Source of the DNA: Acholeplasmatales bacterium
GTDB taxonomy: Bacteria > Bacillota_I > Bacilli_A > Acholeplasmatales > Anaeroplasmataceae
DNA: 64,000 bases
Reading direction: 5' to 3'
Assembly (NCBI GenBank): GCA_016288855.1
Contig: JAEELJ010000028.1
Span: 379 to 64,378 of the forward strand
Under the pieces are notes generated by a model. It had not been told where the DNA came from. It saw only the letters and a list, made by a program, of their open reading frames with translations, and did not search any database. Numbering within the stretch: the first letter of the stretch is position 1; each line of letters starts with the position of its first letter. Shown here in pieces: positions 43,126-52,453 of this stretch. The position numbers and the translations under genes were made by a program.

Positions 43126-44784
43126 ATGTTTGATGGAATTTACTTATCTAAAATAAAAAACGAATTATTAATTCTTGAGACAGGAAGAATTTCTAAGGTC
43201 AATGAAATATCTGATACAGATTTTATTTTTACCATTAGAGCTCAAAGAAAAAATTATAATTTATTAATATCATTATCAAGTGAATACTCAAGAATCCATC
43301 TTGCAACAAGAATTTATGACAATGTGTTATCACCACATGCATTTACAATGCTTTTAAGAAAGCATATTGAAGGTTATTTTATTGAAAATATCAAAACTTA
43401 TAAATCTGATAGAATTATGTCTTTTACTTTAAAAGGATATAATGAAATGCAGGACCTAACTACTAAATATTTATATATAGAGGTTATGGGTAGATATTCT
43501 AATTTAATATTAACTGATAAGGATAATTATATCATCGATGCCCTAAAGCATGATGGTGTATCAGAATTCCAAAGAACAATTCTACCTAACGCATTATACC
43601 AGGTTTTAGAATCAGGTAAGCTAGATCCATTAGAATATAGCCAAGATGAATTAGAAAATATATTTAATGAAAGAAATATTAAAACACCAAAGGATGTTAT
43701 TAATAATTTTAATGGTGTTTCACAAAATATATTATTTGAAACATTTAAATCTGATTTTTATGCTAATAAATTCTATTCGTTACTTCATCTAGATAATAAT
43801 CCTTCAATAATTATTAATCCTAAGGGTAGGGAGGATTTTAATTATAATCCATATTCATATGAGGTAGTTAAATCATATGATACATTATCTCAAGTATGTG
43901 AGGAGTTCTTCTATTTATCTGACCAAAAGGCCAAGGTTAAGCAAAAAACAGGAAATCTATTACAGTTTATAGAAAAGAAAATAGTAAAGCTTAATGATAA
44001 GCTTGCAAGACTAAACCAAGAGCTTATTGAAACACAAGAAATGGATTCTATAAGAATTAAGGGTGAGCTTTTACAAACAGTTTTAGGAATACATGAAAGA
44101 AAGAATTCAGTTAATGTATTTAATTACTATGATAATACATATATTGATATAAAGCTTGACCCAGAATTAACTGTAATTGAAAATTCTAAAAAGCTATTTA
44201 AAAAATATGAAAAAATAAAAACATCAGTTAAGTTCATTCAGGAACAAATTGAAATCACTAAAAGTGAAATAGATTACTTCAATGAATTAAAATATGAAGT
44301 AGATGTTGCATCATTAAATGAGGCATTACAAATTAAAGATGAATTAATTGAAGGTAAATACTTATTTGAACAAAAATCAAATAATAAAAAGAGAAAAGAA
44401 AAGCCTCATCTTCTAACATATATCCTTCCATCTTCTTCTTTAGTATCTGTTGGTAAAAACAACATTCAAAACAATTATTTAACATGGACATATGCAAAAT
44501 CCAATGAATTATGGTTTCATGTTAAAGACCAAACAGGAAGCCATGTTGTATTACATAAGACAGATGATATAACTGATGATGATATAAGATATGCTTCTAT
44601 GATTGCGGCATTTTATTCTTCTTCAAGGGACTCTTCTAGTGTCGCAGTTGACTACACCCTAATAAGAAACATTAAGAAGGTTCCAGGAAGAAAAGGCTCA
44701 TTTGTAACATATAAGAATCAAAAAACAATTTATATTGATCCTGATAAATCAATAATTGATAAATTGGAGGTAAAGCGTATATGA
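43126..44784 (+). CDS. rqcH: ribosome quality-control protein RqcH (NFACT / FbpA family)
   Basis: Start at 43126 (MFDGIYLSKIKNELLILETGRISKVNEISDTDFIFTIRAQRKNYNLLISLSSEYSRIHLA) matches the RqcH/YloA N-terminus. Central coiled coil and C-terminal NFACT-R-like ..WFHVKDQTGSHVVL... Confidence 0.85.
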   Translation: MFDGIYLSKIKNELLILETGRISKVNEISDTDFIFTIRAQRKNYNLLISLSSEYSRIHLATRIYDNVLSPHAFTMLLRKHIEGYFIENIKTYKSDRIMSFTLKGYNEMQDLTTKYLYIEVMGRYSNLILTDKDNYIIDALKHDGVSEFQRTILPNALYQVLESGKLDPLEYSQDELENIFNERNIKTPKDVINNFNGVSQNILFETFKSDFYANKFYSLLHLDNNPSIIINPKGREDFNYNPYSYEVVKSYDTLSQVCEEFFYLSDQKAKVKQKTGNLLQFIEKKIVKLNDKLARLNQELIETQEMDSIRIKGELLQTVLGIHERKNSVNVFNYYDNTYIDIKLDPELTVIENSKKLFKKYEKIKTSVKFIQEQIEITKSEIDYFNELKYEVDVASLNEALQIKDELIEGKYLFEQKSNNKKRKEKPHLLTYILPSSSLVSVGKNNIQNNYLTWTYAKSNELWFHVKDQTGSHVVLHKTDDITDDDIRYASMIAAFYSSSRDSSSVAVDYTLIRNIKKVPGRKGSFVTYKNQKTIYIDPDKSIIDKLEVKRI

Positions 44785-45482
44785 ACGCCTATAAAAAATT
44801 TGGATACTTTTATGATGAAGTAATGGCTCAAATGGAATACGGACTTTGGAGCGAATTTTTAGAGGATTACTTAAAAAAGGATGATAAAATTCTAGATTTA
44901 GCTTGTGGTACAGGAACACTTTTATCAATGCTATATGTAGATGGGTATGAAAATCTATATGGACTTGATCTATCAGAAACAATAATTGAAATTGCAAACG
45001 AAAAAAGAAAGGTTAATAGATTTCAAATAGACTTTTCTGTACAAGATATGACTTCTTTTAAATATAATACTAAATTCAATGTTATAAGCTGCTTCTTCGA
45101 TTCAATTAATTTCTTACCAACCCTATCTCAGGTAAAGAAAATGTTTGATACAGTATATAGACATTTAGAAAAGGATGGATATTTCGTTTTCGATATATTT
45201 TCTAAAACTATGCTAGATGAATACAACAACAACGAAATAGTTGATGATTATGAATCATTTAAGCTTAAATGGACTACAGAAAAAGTAAATCCAACAAAGC
45301 TTAAGCATGTAATATCTATCACTGAAGATGATGAAGAAATAAAAGAAATCTATTATGAATATTATTATGAATTAAAGGATTTATTAGATAAAAGATTTGA
45401 TATCATAAAGATATCAGGAGATTTCAATGATGAATTAATGGATGAAGATGAAAGAATCCTTGTAGTATTAAAAAAGAAATAA
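44781..45482 (+). CDS. class I SAM-dependent methyltransferase
   Basis: Motif I ILDLACGTGTL. 233 aa. 4-nt overlap with rqcH. Confidence 0.8.
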   Translation: MNAYKKFGYFYDEVMAQMEYGLWSEFLEDYLKKDDKILDLACGTGTLLSMLYVDGYENLYGLDLSETIIEIANEKRKVNRFQIDFSVQDMTSFKYNTKFNVISCFFDSINFLPTLSQVKKMFDTVYRHLEKDGYFVFDIFSKTMLDEYNNNEIVDDYESFKLKWTTEKVNPTKLKHVISITEDDEEIKEIYYEYYYELKDLLDKRFDIIKISGDFNDELMDEDERILVVLKKK

Positions 45483-45490
45483 TATATATA

Positions 45491-45535
45491 ACTCTAAAGA
45501 ATGGAAACAATACCAAACTTTAGAGTTTTTTTATT
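45491..45535 (+). terminator. intrinsic terminator
   Basis: ACTCTAAAG...CTTTAGAGT 9-bp stem followed by T7 on the plus strand. Confidence 0.65.
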
Positions 45536-45593
45536 TTTTAGTAACTATTCTTCATATTTTGACTCTTATTTAATATAGAGGAGACAAATTAAT

Positions 45594-46574
45594 ATGGGAA
45601 TAGAAAATGAAGAAATACAAATAAAAGAACTAAATAATGAAACAATTGAATCTATGATTTATATTATTAGGGGTCAAAAAGTAATGTTAGATTTTGAATT
45701 AGCAAAAATATATGGGTATGAAACAAAGAATTTTAATAGGCAAGTAAAGAATAACATAGATAAATTTCCCGATGATTTTAGATTTATTCTTACAAAAGAA
45801 GAGATTGAAATCGTGGTGAGGTGTAAAAATTTCACCTCACGAAGTTGGGAACATTCTAATGAAGGAGGAAGAAGATATCTTCCTTATGCCTTTACTGAAC
45901 AAGGAATATATATGTTAATGACTGTATTAAAAGGAGAATTAGCCACTAAACAAAGTATTGCATTAGTACGTGCTTTTAAACAAATGAAAGATTATATTAT
46001 AGAAAATAATAATCTAATGTTAAATACTAATTCTTATATTGAATCTAGGTTTTCAACATATGATAAAAGATTTGAAGTAATTGAAAATAAGCTTGAGGTA
46101 GTAATGGATAATTTTATTGATCCTTCAAAATATAAGCACTATCTAATTAAAGATGGTGAAAGGATTGAAGCTGATATTGCATATCAAGAAATATATATAA
46201 AAGCTAAATATTCAATTTATATAATAGACGATTATATAGATATTAAAACATTACAATTATTAAAATGTATTAATAGTACTATTACTATAATTGTAATTAC
46301 TGATAACAAAGGTAAAAACAATCTAAATCCTAATTTTATTAATGACTTTATAAAAGATACAGGATTTAATATAATATTTAAATATAACAATAGTAAATTT
46401 CATGATAGATATATAGTAATAGATTTTAACACTAACGATTATTCTTTATACCATTGTGGCACATCATCTAAAGATTCAGGTAATAGAATAAATACAATAA
46501 TGAGAATAGATGATAAGAATCCATATATATCATCTATAAATAAAGTACTTAATAACAAAAATATAAATATATAA
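45594..46574 (+). CDS. ORF6N (KilA-N-related) DNA-binding domain protein with a degenerate PLD-like C-terminal domain
   Basis: The N-terminus IRGQKVMLDFELAKIYGYETKNFNRQVKNNIDKFPDDFRFILTKEE is the ORF6N signature. The C-terminal KFHDRYIVID...YHCGTSSKD resembles an HxK(x)4D...GSxN PLD motif with K replaced by R. Confidence 0.65.
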   Translation: MGIENEEIQIKELNNETIESMIYIIRGQKVMLDFELAKIYGYETKNFNRQVKNNIDKFPDDFRFILTKEEIEIVVRCKNFTSRSWEHSNEGGRRYLPYAFTEQGIYMLMTVLKGELATKQSIALVRAFKQMKDYIIENNNLMLNTNSYIESRFSTYDKRFEVIENKLEVVMDNFIDPSKYKHYLIKDGERIEADIAYQEIYIKAKYSIYIIDDYIDIKTLQLLKCINSTITIIVITDNKGKNNLNPNFINDFIKDTGFNIIFKYNNSKFHDRYIVIDFNTNDYSLYHCGTSSKDSGNRINTIMRIDDKNPYISSINKVLNNKNINI

Positions 46575-46579
46575 GAAAA

Positions 46580-46601
46580 GGAAGAACTATTTTGTTCTTC
46601 C
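46580..46601. terminator. bidirectional terminator hairpin between convergent genes
   Basis: GGAAGAAC-TATTTT-GTTCTTCC with T-rich flanks on both strands. Confidence 0.55.
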
Positions 46602-46614
46602 CTTTTACCTTCTT

Positions 46615-47502
46615 TTAATAGAATTCTTCTTCATTTGAAATAAAATATAATCTATTATTTTCAAAATAATTTCTTAATCTCTTTTTATTAGATAAATAAG
46701 CAATATATGATCTCATAGTAGATGATATTAATAAATACTTATTATAAGAAATATGTAGCATATAATGAGAAAATACCTCATCTATAATATCTTCTACAGT
46801 TTTAGGAGTTTTACATATTTCTAATATTAAATGCATTATTTCATAAATCTTAGCACGGTTAAATTCAACTAAATCCTTAATATCCGTTGTGACCTCACTA
46901 TGTGATGGTACAATTATATTTCCATCTAGTGATTCTACATAATCAAGTGACTTTAAATATCCATTAACATCATATATTAATAAAATATGCTGTTTTTCTA
47001 TTAAAGTCTTACCTCCTAATGTGTCCGCAACAAAATATACTCCATCACTAGTTTTAACACCAATCATGCCATAATGGTGTCCAGGTAATTTAAATGTTCT
47101 TAAGCCTTCTGGTATTTCTTCTAATGAATAGATTTCTTTATTGTCATCTATATGCATTACTTTAGTATCAAATTCATCAAGTGGATATCCACCATATAAG
47201 AATCCAATATCAAGCTTTGAATCACGCAAGAAGGCACGTTCTATTTTAGATGCAATAATCTTGCATCCTGTAGTTTTCATTAAATAAAGGTTTGCGCCAC
47301 TATGATCTGGATGTGAATGTGTATCGATAATATACTTTAAATTAAATCCATTTCTTCTTAATAGTGTTTCTAAAACAGGTCCTTCTTCTTTAATACCACA
47401 ATCTATTAATATTACATCTTTATCATTTAATTTATATAATCCTACATTAGTTTGACCATCAATGTAATAGGTCCTACCTTTTAGGTGGTGTAATTCATAC
47501 AT
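46615..47502 (-). CDS. MBL-fold metallo-hydrolase
   Basis: HxHxDH motif (DTHSHPDHSGAN). Start at 47502 (MYELHHLKG...) with GGAGG 7 nt upstream. The tracked start at 47556 would overlap the preceding terminator. Confidence 0.8.
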   Translation of the reverse strand: MYELHHLKGRTYYIDGQTNVGLYKLNDKDVILIDCGIKEEGPVLETLLRRNGFNLKYIIDTHSHPDHSGANLYLMKTTGCKIIASKIERAFLRDSKLDIGFLYGGYPLDEFDTKVMHIDDNKEIYSLEEIPEGLRTFKLPGHHYGMIGVKTSDGVYFVADTLGGKTLIEKQHILLIYDVNGYLKSLDYVESLDGNIIVPSHSEVTTDIKDLVEFNRAKIYEIMHLILEICKTPKTVEDIIDEVFSHYMLHISYNKYLLISSTMRSYIAYLSNKKRLRNYFENNRLYFISNEEEFY

Positions 47503-47550
47503 ATTACCGCCTCCAAAAACATTTTTTATTATAACATTATATAAAGAAAA

Positions 47551-47569
47551 ATGCACGGATTACGTGCAT
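47551..47569 (-). terminator. intrinsic terminator after the LtaS-like gene
   Basis: ATGCACG-GATTA-CGTGCAT hairpin followed by a U-run on the minus strand. Confidence 0.6.
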
Positions 47570-49633
47570 TTATTCTTCAAAATAAGAATATGTAGCTAAT
47601 GTTTCTTCAACTACCTTATTATCATTATAATGTCCATATAGGTAATAGCTATCAAATTTAGCTATTCTACTTAATGTTTTATATATATAAGAATAGAATT
47701 CATTATCATATTCAGAATCTATAGTATCATCGCGCCAGAATGTTGATTCACCATCTGATGTTAATTTATTAGTAAATAATAAACCTAATTCAGATGAATA
47801 GAATGCATTATCTATTAAAGATTTTGTTTCCATTTGACCAAATATACTTCTTCCTACGTAATTACCTTTAATATATTTAATACCTAATAAATCTAGGATT
47901 GTTGGTACTATTACATAAGGAGATGTAAATGCACTATAGATTAATTCATTATTAGAATTTAAACTAAATCCATCAAATTCACTATAGCATTCCTTAAGCT
48001 TTTCTATAACATTTGGATTATATATTGTCATAAATGTCTCATATTCAGGTGCATAATATTCTGAATTTGAATCATAAATAAAATATTTTAAATCCCTAGG
48101 TAAACCAATTTTATAATAAGCCTCATGGTCACCATATAAAACAATTAATGTATTATCAAGCTTACCCTTTTCTATAAGATCATCAAGTAAAATACCTAAT
48201 GCATCATCAAAAATCATAAGCTTACATTCATATTCTATGAATTGATCTTGAACAGTTTCAGCATCATCATAACAAGGATTAGTCCATAATCTATTACCAA
48301 TAGCCTCATTAATAATATCATATTTTTCTTTATAATAGTCCTCAAGTGACTTTTTAAAATTATATGGACCATGTGTTGTAAGAGATGTATAGAATGAATA
48401 GAATGGTCTATCTCCTTCTGGAATCATTTTATCCTTCATTACATCTACATAATTACTATCATATGGATATCTACCATTAAAGTTATTATTCCATTCCATG
48501 TCTGTTGCCATATATTCTACTGATTCATCATATTTTAAAACCTTATATTTGTCACTTCCAACAAAATAAGAATGATTAAATCCAATTTGAGGCATTGTAG
48601 TACCACGATTATAGAATGATGCATAATTACAATGGAAATATGATGTATCATATCCAAATACGTTTCCTAAAACACTAGGAAGTGATTGAGGAGCATTTGT
48701 CTTAATATTTTTTATTGTTGATGTAACAGAACCAGAAATACCTATAAATTCACTAATATTAGTTTTGTTCTTTGAATGATTGTTAGTAAAATTAATACCA
48801 TTTTTTCTTAAGTTATATAAATTTGGAGTTAATGTTTCATTAACGCCTATAGACATACCTGTTTCAATCATTATTTCTAAAACATTATATCCTTTTGCTG
48901 CACCAGTCATTGAAGTTTTTTCTGTTTCAGCATGTTCTTCTTCTGAAACATCACCAAATGTTGTAATATCAACAAGCTGAGCCTGAAGGTCTGCATAAGT
49001 GTAATTCAATAAACCAAAGTTCTTTAAAGAAGCTCTTTTTATTACTGTTGCAGACTTAATAACTATTTCTTGTCCTGATTCATTATAGTATAGGTAATTA
49101 TTTGAATAATCATGTTCAATTACCTCATATGTAATCATTCTTGTTGGGATTAATATTAATAATGCAAGTATTGAAATTGTAATACCACGTCTTGGATTAT
49201 ATTCTCCACCCTTAAATATAATATTTATTAGAATTAATCCACCAATAAAAGTAATTATAAATAATAAAAGTATCGCAATATACCAGAAATTAATAAAATC
49301 TATAGACATTACAGCCGCAGCTTCGCCTGTCAATGTTAAATATTTAAATGTAAATATGTCTGATGAAGCATAATACATTTCTAGATTAACAATAAAGAAT
49401 GTTGATACTAAAGCAAATATAATAAATGCATAAATATTTGCGGCAATATTATGCTTCATTATAAGCATTGGTATTGCAAGTATAACAATTAATGTTGCTT
49501 CTAACAAGAAATATGATATAAAGCTATGAAAAATTATTAAATTAAATACTAGTTCCATAAAGAAGACTATTGTGATTAATAATACAAACTCACATACCCT
49601 CTTCTTTATACCTATTAAATATTCTTCTTTCAT
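47570..49633 (-). CDS. LTA synthase family protein (membrane-anchored sulfatase/phosphoglycerol transferase)
   Basis: About five N-terminal TM helices followed by an extracytoplasmic alkaline-phosphatase-superfamily domain with LtaS-like IVLYGDHEAYYKIG. Confidence 0.7.
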   Translation of the reverse strand: MKEEYLIGIKKRVCEFVLLITIVFFMELVFNLIIFHSFISYFLLEATLIVILAIPMLIMKHNIAANIYAFIIFALVSTFFIVNLEMYYASSDIFTFKYLTLTGEAAAVMSIDFINFWYIAILLLFIITFIGGLILINIIFKGGEYNPRRGITISILALLILIPTRMITYEVIEHDYSNNYLYYNESGQEIVIKSATVIKRASLKNFGLLNYTYADLQAQLVDITTFGDVSEEEHAETEKTSMTGAAKGYNVLEIMIETGMSIGVNETLTPNLYNLRKNGINFTNNHSKNKTNISEFIGISGSVTSTIKNIKTNAPQSLPSVLGNVFGYDTSYFHCNYASFYNRGTTMPQIGFNHSYFVGSDKYKVLKYDESVEYMATDMEWNNNFNGRYPYDSNYVDVMKDKMIPEGDRPFYSFYTSLTTHGPYNFKKSLEDYYKEKYDIINEAIGNRLWTNPCYDDAETVQDQFIEYECKLMIFDDALGILLDDLIEKGKLDNTLIVLYGDHEAYYKIGLPRDLKYFIYDSNSEYYAPEYETFMTIYNPNVIEKLKECYSEFDGFSLNSNNELIYSAFTSPYVIVPTILDLLGIKYIKGNYVGRSIFGQMETKSLIDNAFYSSELGLLFTNKLTSDGESTFWRDDTIDSEYDNEFYSYIYKTLSRIAKFDSYYLYGHYNDNKVVEETLATYSYFEE

Positions 49634-49704
49634 TTCATTAACCTCTATTTAAATACTCATATATTTTAATATAAGTATAAAAATAAATCAAATAAATTAT
49701 ATAC

Positions 49705-50643
49705 CTAGCTTAATCTAGATATATTTATTAATAATTGTGTTTTGAATCTTTCTTTGAAGTCAGCATCTAACATAGAATCATCGATTATAGAGACATATTC
49801 ATTTTTTAGTCCAATGAATCTATTGATGATTCTATTAATTACTTTTTCATCTAAACCAATAGAAATTCCATACTTAACGAAATCACCTTTTCTTAAATTT
49901 CTCTTTTTTCCATTAATAGTTAATGCAAGATCTTCATTATCATCTTTAACTAAAAGCTTAGCTGGTAAAAGATCATATGCAGGAGATAATTCAATATCTC
50001 CATTTTTCTTTTCAATTAAAGAAAAATTTTTTAAATGCATATCAGAATTACATGTGATGAAAGAAAAGACTATTCTTTCAAACAAGCTTACAGTATCTAA
50101 TTTCTTTATTGAACTATATTTTTCAATTATTTTAGCACATCTTTCATATGAGCTTTTATATTTATCTTCTGTTAGTCTTTCACTTAACTGACAAAAATCT
50201 TCCATATGTATTTTAGAGTTTTCTTTTCTGTCGACTCTTTTAGATATGTAAGCATACTCATTATCCTTCATCTTTAGTAACCCAAATGGACAAACAGATA
50301 TTTTACTTATTCTAGCCATATGCATTACAATAAATTCTGAAATGGGAGCCATTGGGTATTCTTGAGGTTTTGGCTTTAAAATATAGCCTAATGGTTCCCC
50401 AATTAAAGTAAGTCTACTTGTCGTTTCGCATTTCTCATAATGTAGTGACATTTTGCTTTGTACACCAGTGACTGATTTTTTACTTTCAAGCATGCCACTA
50501 GCATATAAAGCTACATTTGACTCTTTCAAATCAAATTCAGGCATTTCTTGATATCCAAAGAAATTCTTTAGACATTTTTTATGCCAATAGTAAGGTTCAT
50601 CGTTAGAAAGCTCCTTAAAGCAGCATAAGCATCTATTTTTCAT
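49705..50643 (-). CDS. hipT: HipA-family Ser/Thr kinase toxin lacking N-subdomain 1 (HipT-like)
   Basis: Start at 50643 (MKNRCLCCFKEL...) with AGGGGTGA RBS. Catalytic-loop CNSDMHLKNFSL and SPAYDLLPA match HipA D-x-H-x-KN and the Mg-binding D. Confidence 0.75.
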   Translation of the reverse strand: MKNRCLCCFKELSNDEPYYWHKKCLKNFFGYQEMPEFDLKESNVALYASGMLESKKSVTGVQSKMSLHYEKCETTSRLTLIGEPLGYILKPKPQEYPMAPISEFIVMHMARISKISVCPFGLLKMKDNEYAYISKRVDRKENSKIHMEDFCQLSERLTEDKYKSSYERCAKIIEKYSSIKKLDTVSLFERIVFSFITCNSDMHLKNFSLIEKKNGDIELSPAYDLLPAKLLVKDDNEDLALTINGKKRNLRKGDFVKYGISIGLDEKVINRIINRFIGLKNEYVSIIDDSMLDADFKERFKTQLLINISRLS

Positions 50644-50962
50644 TATCTTCACCCCTAACGCTAACAGCACCAATTGTATCTCTACATACCTTTAGTAATA
50701 TTCCCATTCTATCCTTCCTATCAAGACTCCACTTTGATATCGCAAGATCTAACAGATATCCTTCAGGTATTAATCCATCAAAAAAAGGGAATAAAACCTT
50801 TGAGAAATAACTTTTTTGCTTTTTACTCATAGTCAATGAAATAGCAGGATTATCACTTATTAAATATTCTTCATCGTAATTGAAAACAAAGCCATCATCT
50901 GTCTCAATTATATCTCCTGCATATATATCTTCATAATAAACATGCCCAACTCTACTCATCAT
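50633..50962 (-). CDS. hipS: HipA N-terminal subdomain protein (HipS-like)
   Basis: VGHVYYEDIYAGDI...FNYDEEYL...AISLTMS...LFPFFDGLIPEGYLL...CRDTIGAVSV matches the HipA N-terminal (Couple_hipA) domain. ATG at 50962 with AAGGA upstream. Overlaps hipB and hipT by 11 nt each. Confidence 0.75.
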   Translation of the reverse strand: MMSRVGHVYYEDIYAGDIIETDDGFVFNYDEEYLISDNPAISLTMSKKQKSYFSKVLFPFFDGLIPEGYLLDLAISKWSLDRKDRMGILLKVCRDTIGAVSVRGEDNEK

Positions 50963-51170
50963 TATCACTATCCTTCATTTTTATTGGCGCAGCAAAATAG
51001 CCAAACATTTCTAATGCTTGATTTAGCTTATCTAATCTTATTGTTTCTTTGCCTTGTTCTAATTCTCTTACAAATCGCAAACCTAGACCACTTTTCAATG
51101 CAAAATCCTCTTGAGTCATATTATATTTTTTTCTTTGTTCTTTAATAAATTTTTCAAAACCATTTCCCAT
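50952..51170 (-). CDS. hipB: XRE-family HTH protein (HipB-like)
   Basis: MTQEDFALKSGLGLRFVRELEQGKETIRLDKLNQALEMFG is a Cro/C1 HTH. AGGAG lies 8 nt upstream. It is the first gene of the three-gene module. Confidence 0.8.
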   Translation of the reverse strand: MGNGFEKFIKEQRKKYNMTQEDFALKSGLGLRFVRELEQGKETIRLDKLNQALEMFGYFAAPIKMKDSDNDE

Positions 51171-51205
51171 AATAGCAACTCCTTTTTATAATTAGATAGT
51201 TATTT

Positions 51206-51346
51206 TATAACCTTTCAGGTATATTTTAACACTTTCTAGTTTAAATTACAACCTTTCGGGTATAAATGATATTAAAATCAAATAATTAATACCCGAGAGG
51301 GTATAAAATATATATATAGTATAAGTATTATACCCAATAAGGTATA
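51206..51346. promoter_or_regulatory. four TATACC-N4-6-GGTATA inverted repeats (candidate HipB operators)
   Basis: TATAACCTTTCAGGTATA (51206-51223), ACAACCTTTCGGGTATA (51248-51264), ATACCCGAGAGGGTAT (51289-51304), TATACCCAATAAGGTATA (51329-51346). All lie in the region upstream of hipB. Confidence 0.6.
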
Positions 51347-51349
51347 AAA

Positions 51350-51376
51350 AGACTGCAATCATAAGATTACAGTCTT
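51350..51376 (-). terminator. intrinsic terminator after the MscS gene
   Basis: GACTGTAATC-TTAT-GATTGCAGTC hairpin (one mismatch) followed by U5 on the minus strand. Confidence 0.55.
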
Positions 51377-51384
51377 TTCATATA

Positions 51385-52437
51385 CTATTCTATTTTTTCA
51401 CCACCATCTAAATTCTTAGATAGTTCCTTTTGTTCAGAAATGAAGTCTTCAGCTTCTTGCTTAATCTTCTTGTTAGTCTTGTAATGAGTATGCTCAAACT
51501 GAGAAATAACAACCTGATTGAATGATAAGTCAATTCCAGCTTCAGTAAATACCATACGATATTCTCTTAATAAGTCACGTTGAACCTGGTATCTATCTTC
51601 TTCTTTACACTTTGCAACAATCTTAACTGCAACGTTAGAATCACCATATCCAGAAACACCCTTATAATAAGGACCTTCTACTATTGCAGGAATCTTTGCT
51701 TTAAAGTTATCAAAATTATCCTTTAATAATCCTTCAATAATTTCAATGGGTACATCATATGGGAATTCACAATCTACAACAGCTAAAGATAATTCTCTAG
51801 ACATGTTAATGACATTAGAAACATCTGAATTATTAATTATTTTAATATTTCCTGCTGCATCTAAAATCTTAGTTGCACGAATACCAATTTCAATAACAGT
51901 TCCTCTGAAATCACCAATTGTAATAATTTCACCAACATTATATTCATTTTCGAAAATAATGAACATTCCTGCAACAACATCGGCAATCAAGCTTTGGCAT
52001 CCTAAGCCTATAACTAAAGTTAGGATACCTACTGATGCGAAAATTGCTGTAGAATTTACGCCTAATGCTTGTAATAAGAAAATAATGATTGCGATAGCGC
52101 ATGCATATTTAACAATACCATCAAGTAATGTTACAACTGTCTTTGCTCTATCAGACTTTTCCATAGTCTTCTTAAAAATAAATCTAATTAATTTACATGC
52201 TGCATAAATAATAACAACATAGATTAAGCTTTCAATTAGCTTAGGAACATGTGTGTTAAATGTTGCTTGTAAATTTTCTGTATCGCAAACATATTCCTTA
52301 ATCCATTTTGCCGCTTCTGAATCTGGCATTGAAATTTCTAAAATTATTGCTGTAATGAATGCAATTAATGCTACCGCAATAATAGTTAATTCAATTATCA
52401 AAAATACTTTTTTGCTCTTTTTCTTTTCCTCTTTCAT
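51385..52437 (-). CDS. small-conductance mechanosensitive channel (MscS family)
   Basis: Start at 52437 with GGAGGGG 7 nt upstream. TM3-like GILTLVIGLGCQSLIADVVAGMFIIFEN followed by the beta-domain GDFRGTVIEIGIRATKILDAAGNIKIINNSDV. Confidence 0.85.
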   Translation of the reverse strand: MKEEKKKSKKVFLIIELTIIAVALIAFITAIILEISMPDSEAAKWIKEYVCDTENLQATFNTHVPKLIESLIYVVIIYAACKLIRFIFKKTMEKSDRAKTVVTLLDGIVKYACAIAIIIFLLQALGVNSTAIFASVGILTLVIGLGCQSLIADVVAGMFIIFENEYNVGEIITIGDFRGTVIEIGIRATKILDAAGNIKIINNSDVSNVINMSRELSLAVVDCEFPYDVPIEIIEGLLKDNFDNFKAKIPAIVEGPYYKGVSGYGDSNVAVKIVAKCKEEDRYQVQRDLLREYRMVFTEAGIDLSFNQVVISQFEHTHYKTNKKIKQEAEDFISEQKELSKNLDGGEKIE

Positions 52438-52453
52438 TGTATTTCCCCTCCTA

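Noticed and set aside
49705-50968. The split hipA could be a frameshifted pseudogene.
   Set aside because: Both parts have their own RBS and start codon and intact frames. The 11-nt overlap pattern is repeated at the hipB/hipS junction. The domain boundary coincides with that of known HipS/HipT systems. The pseudogene alternative is kept as a refutation test in the finding.
13900-51400. Calling the accessory-looking stretch (Schlafen-like regulator, Abi_2, ORF6N, HipBST) a prophage or integrative element.
   Set aside because: I found no integrase, recombinase, transposase or phage structural genes and no flanking tRNA or att-like repeats. The accessory genes are dispersed among chromosomal genes.
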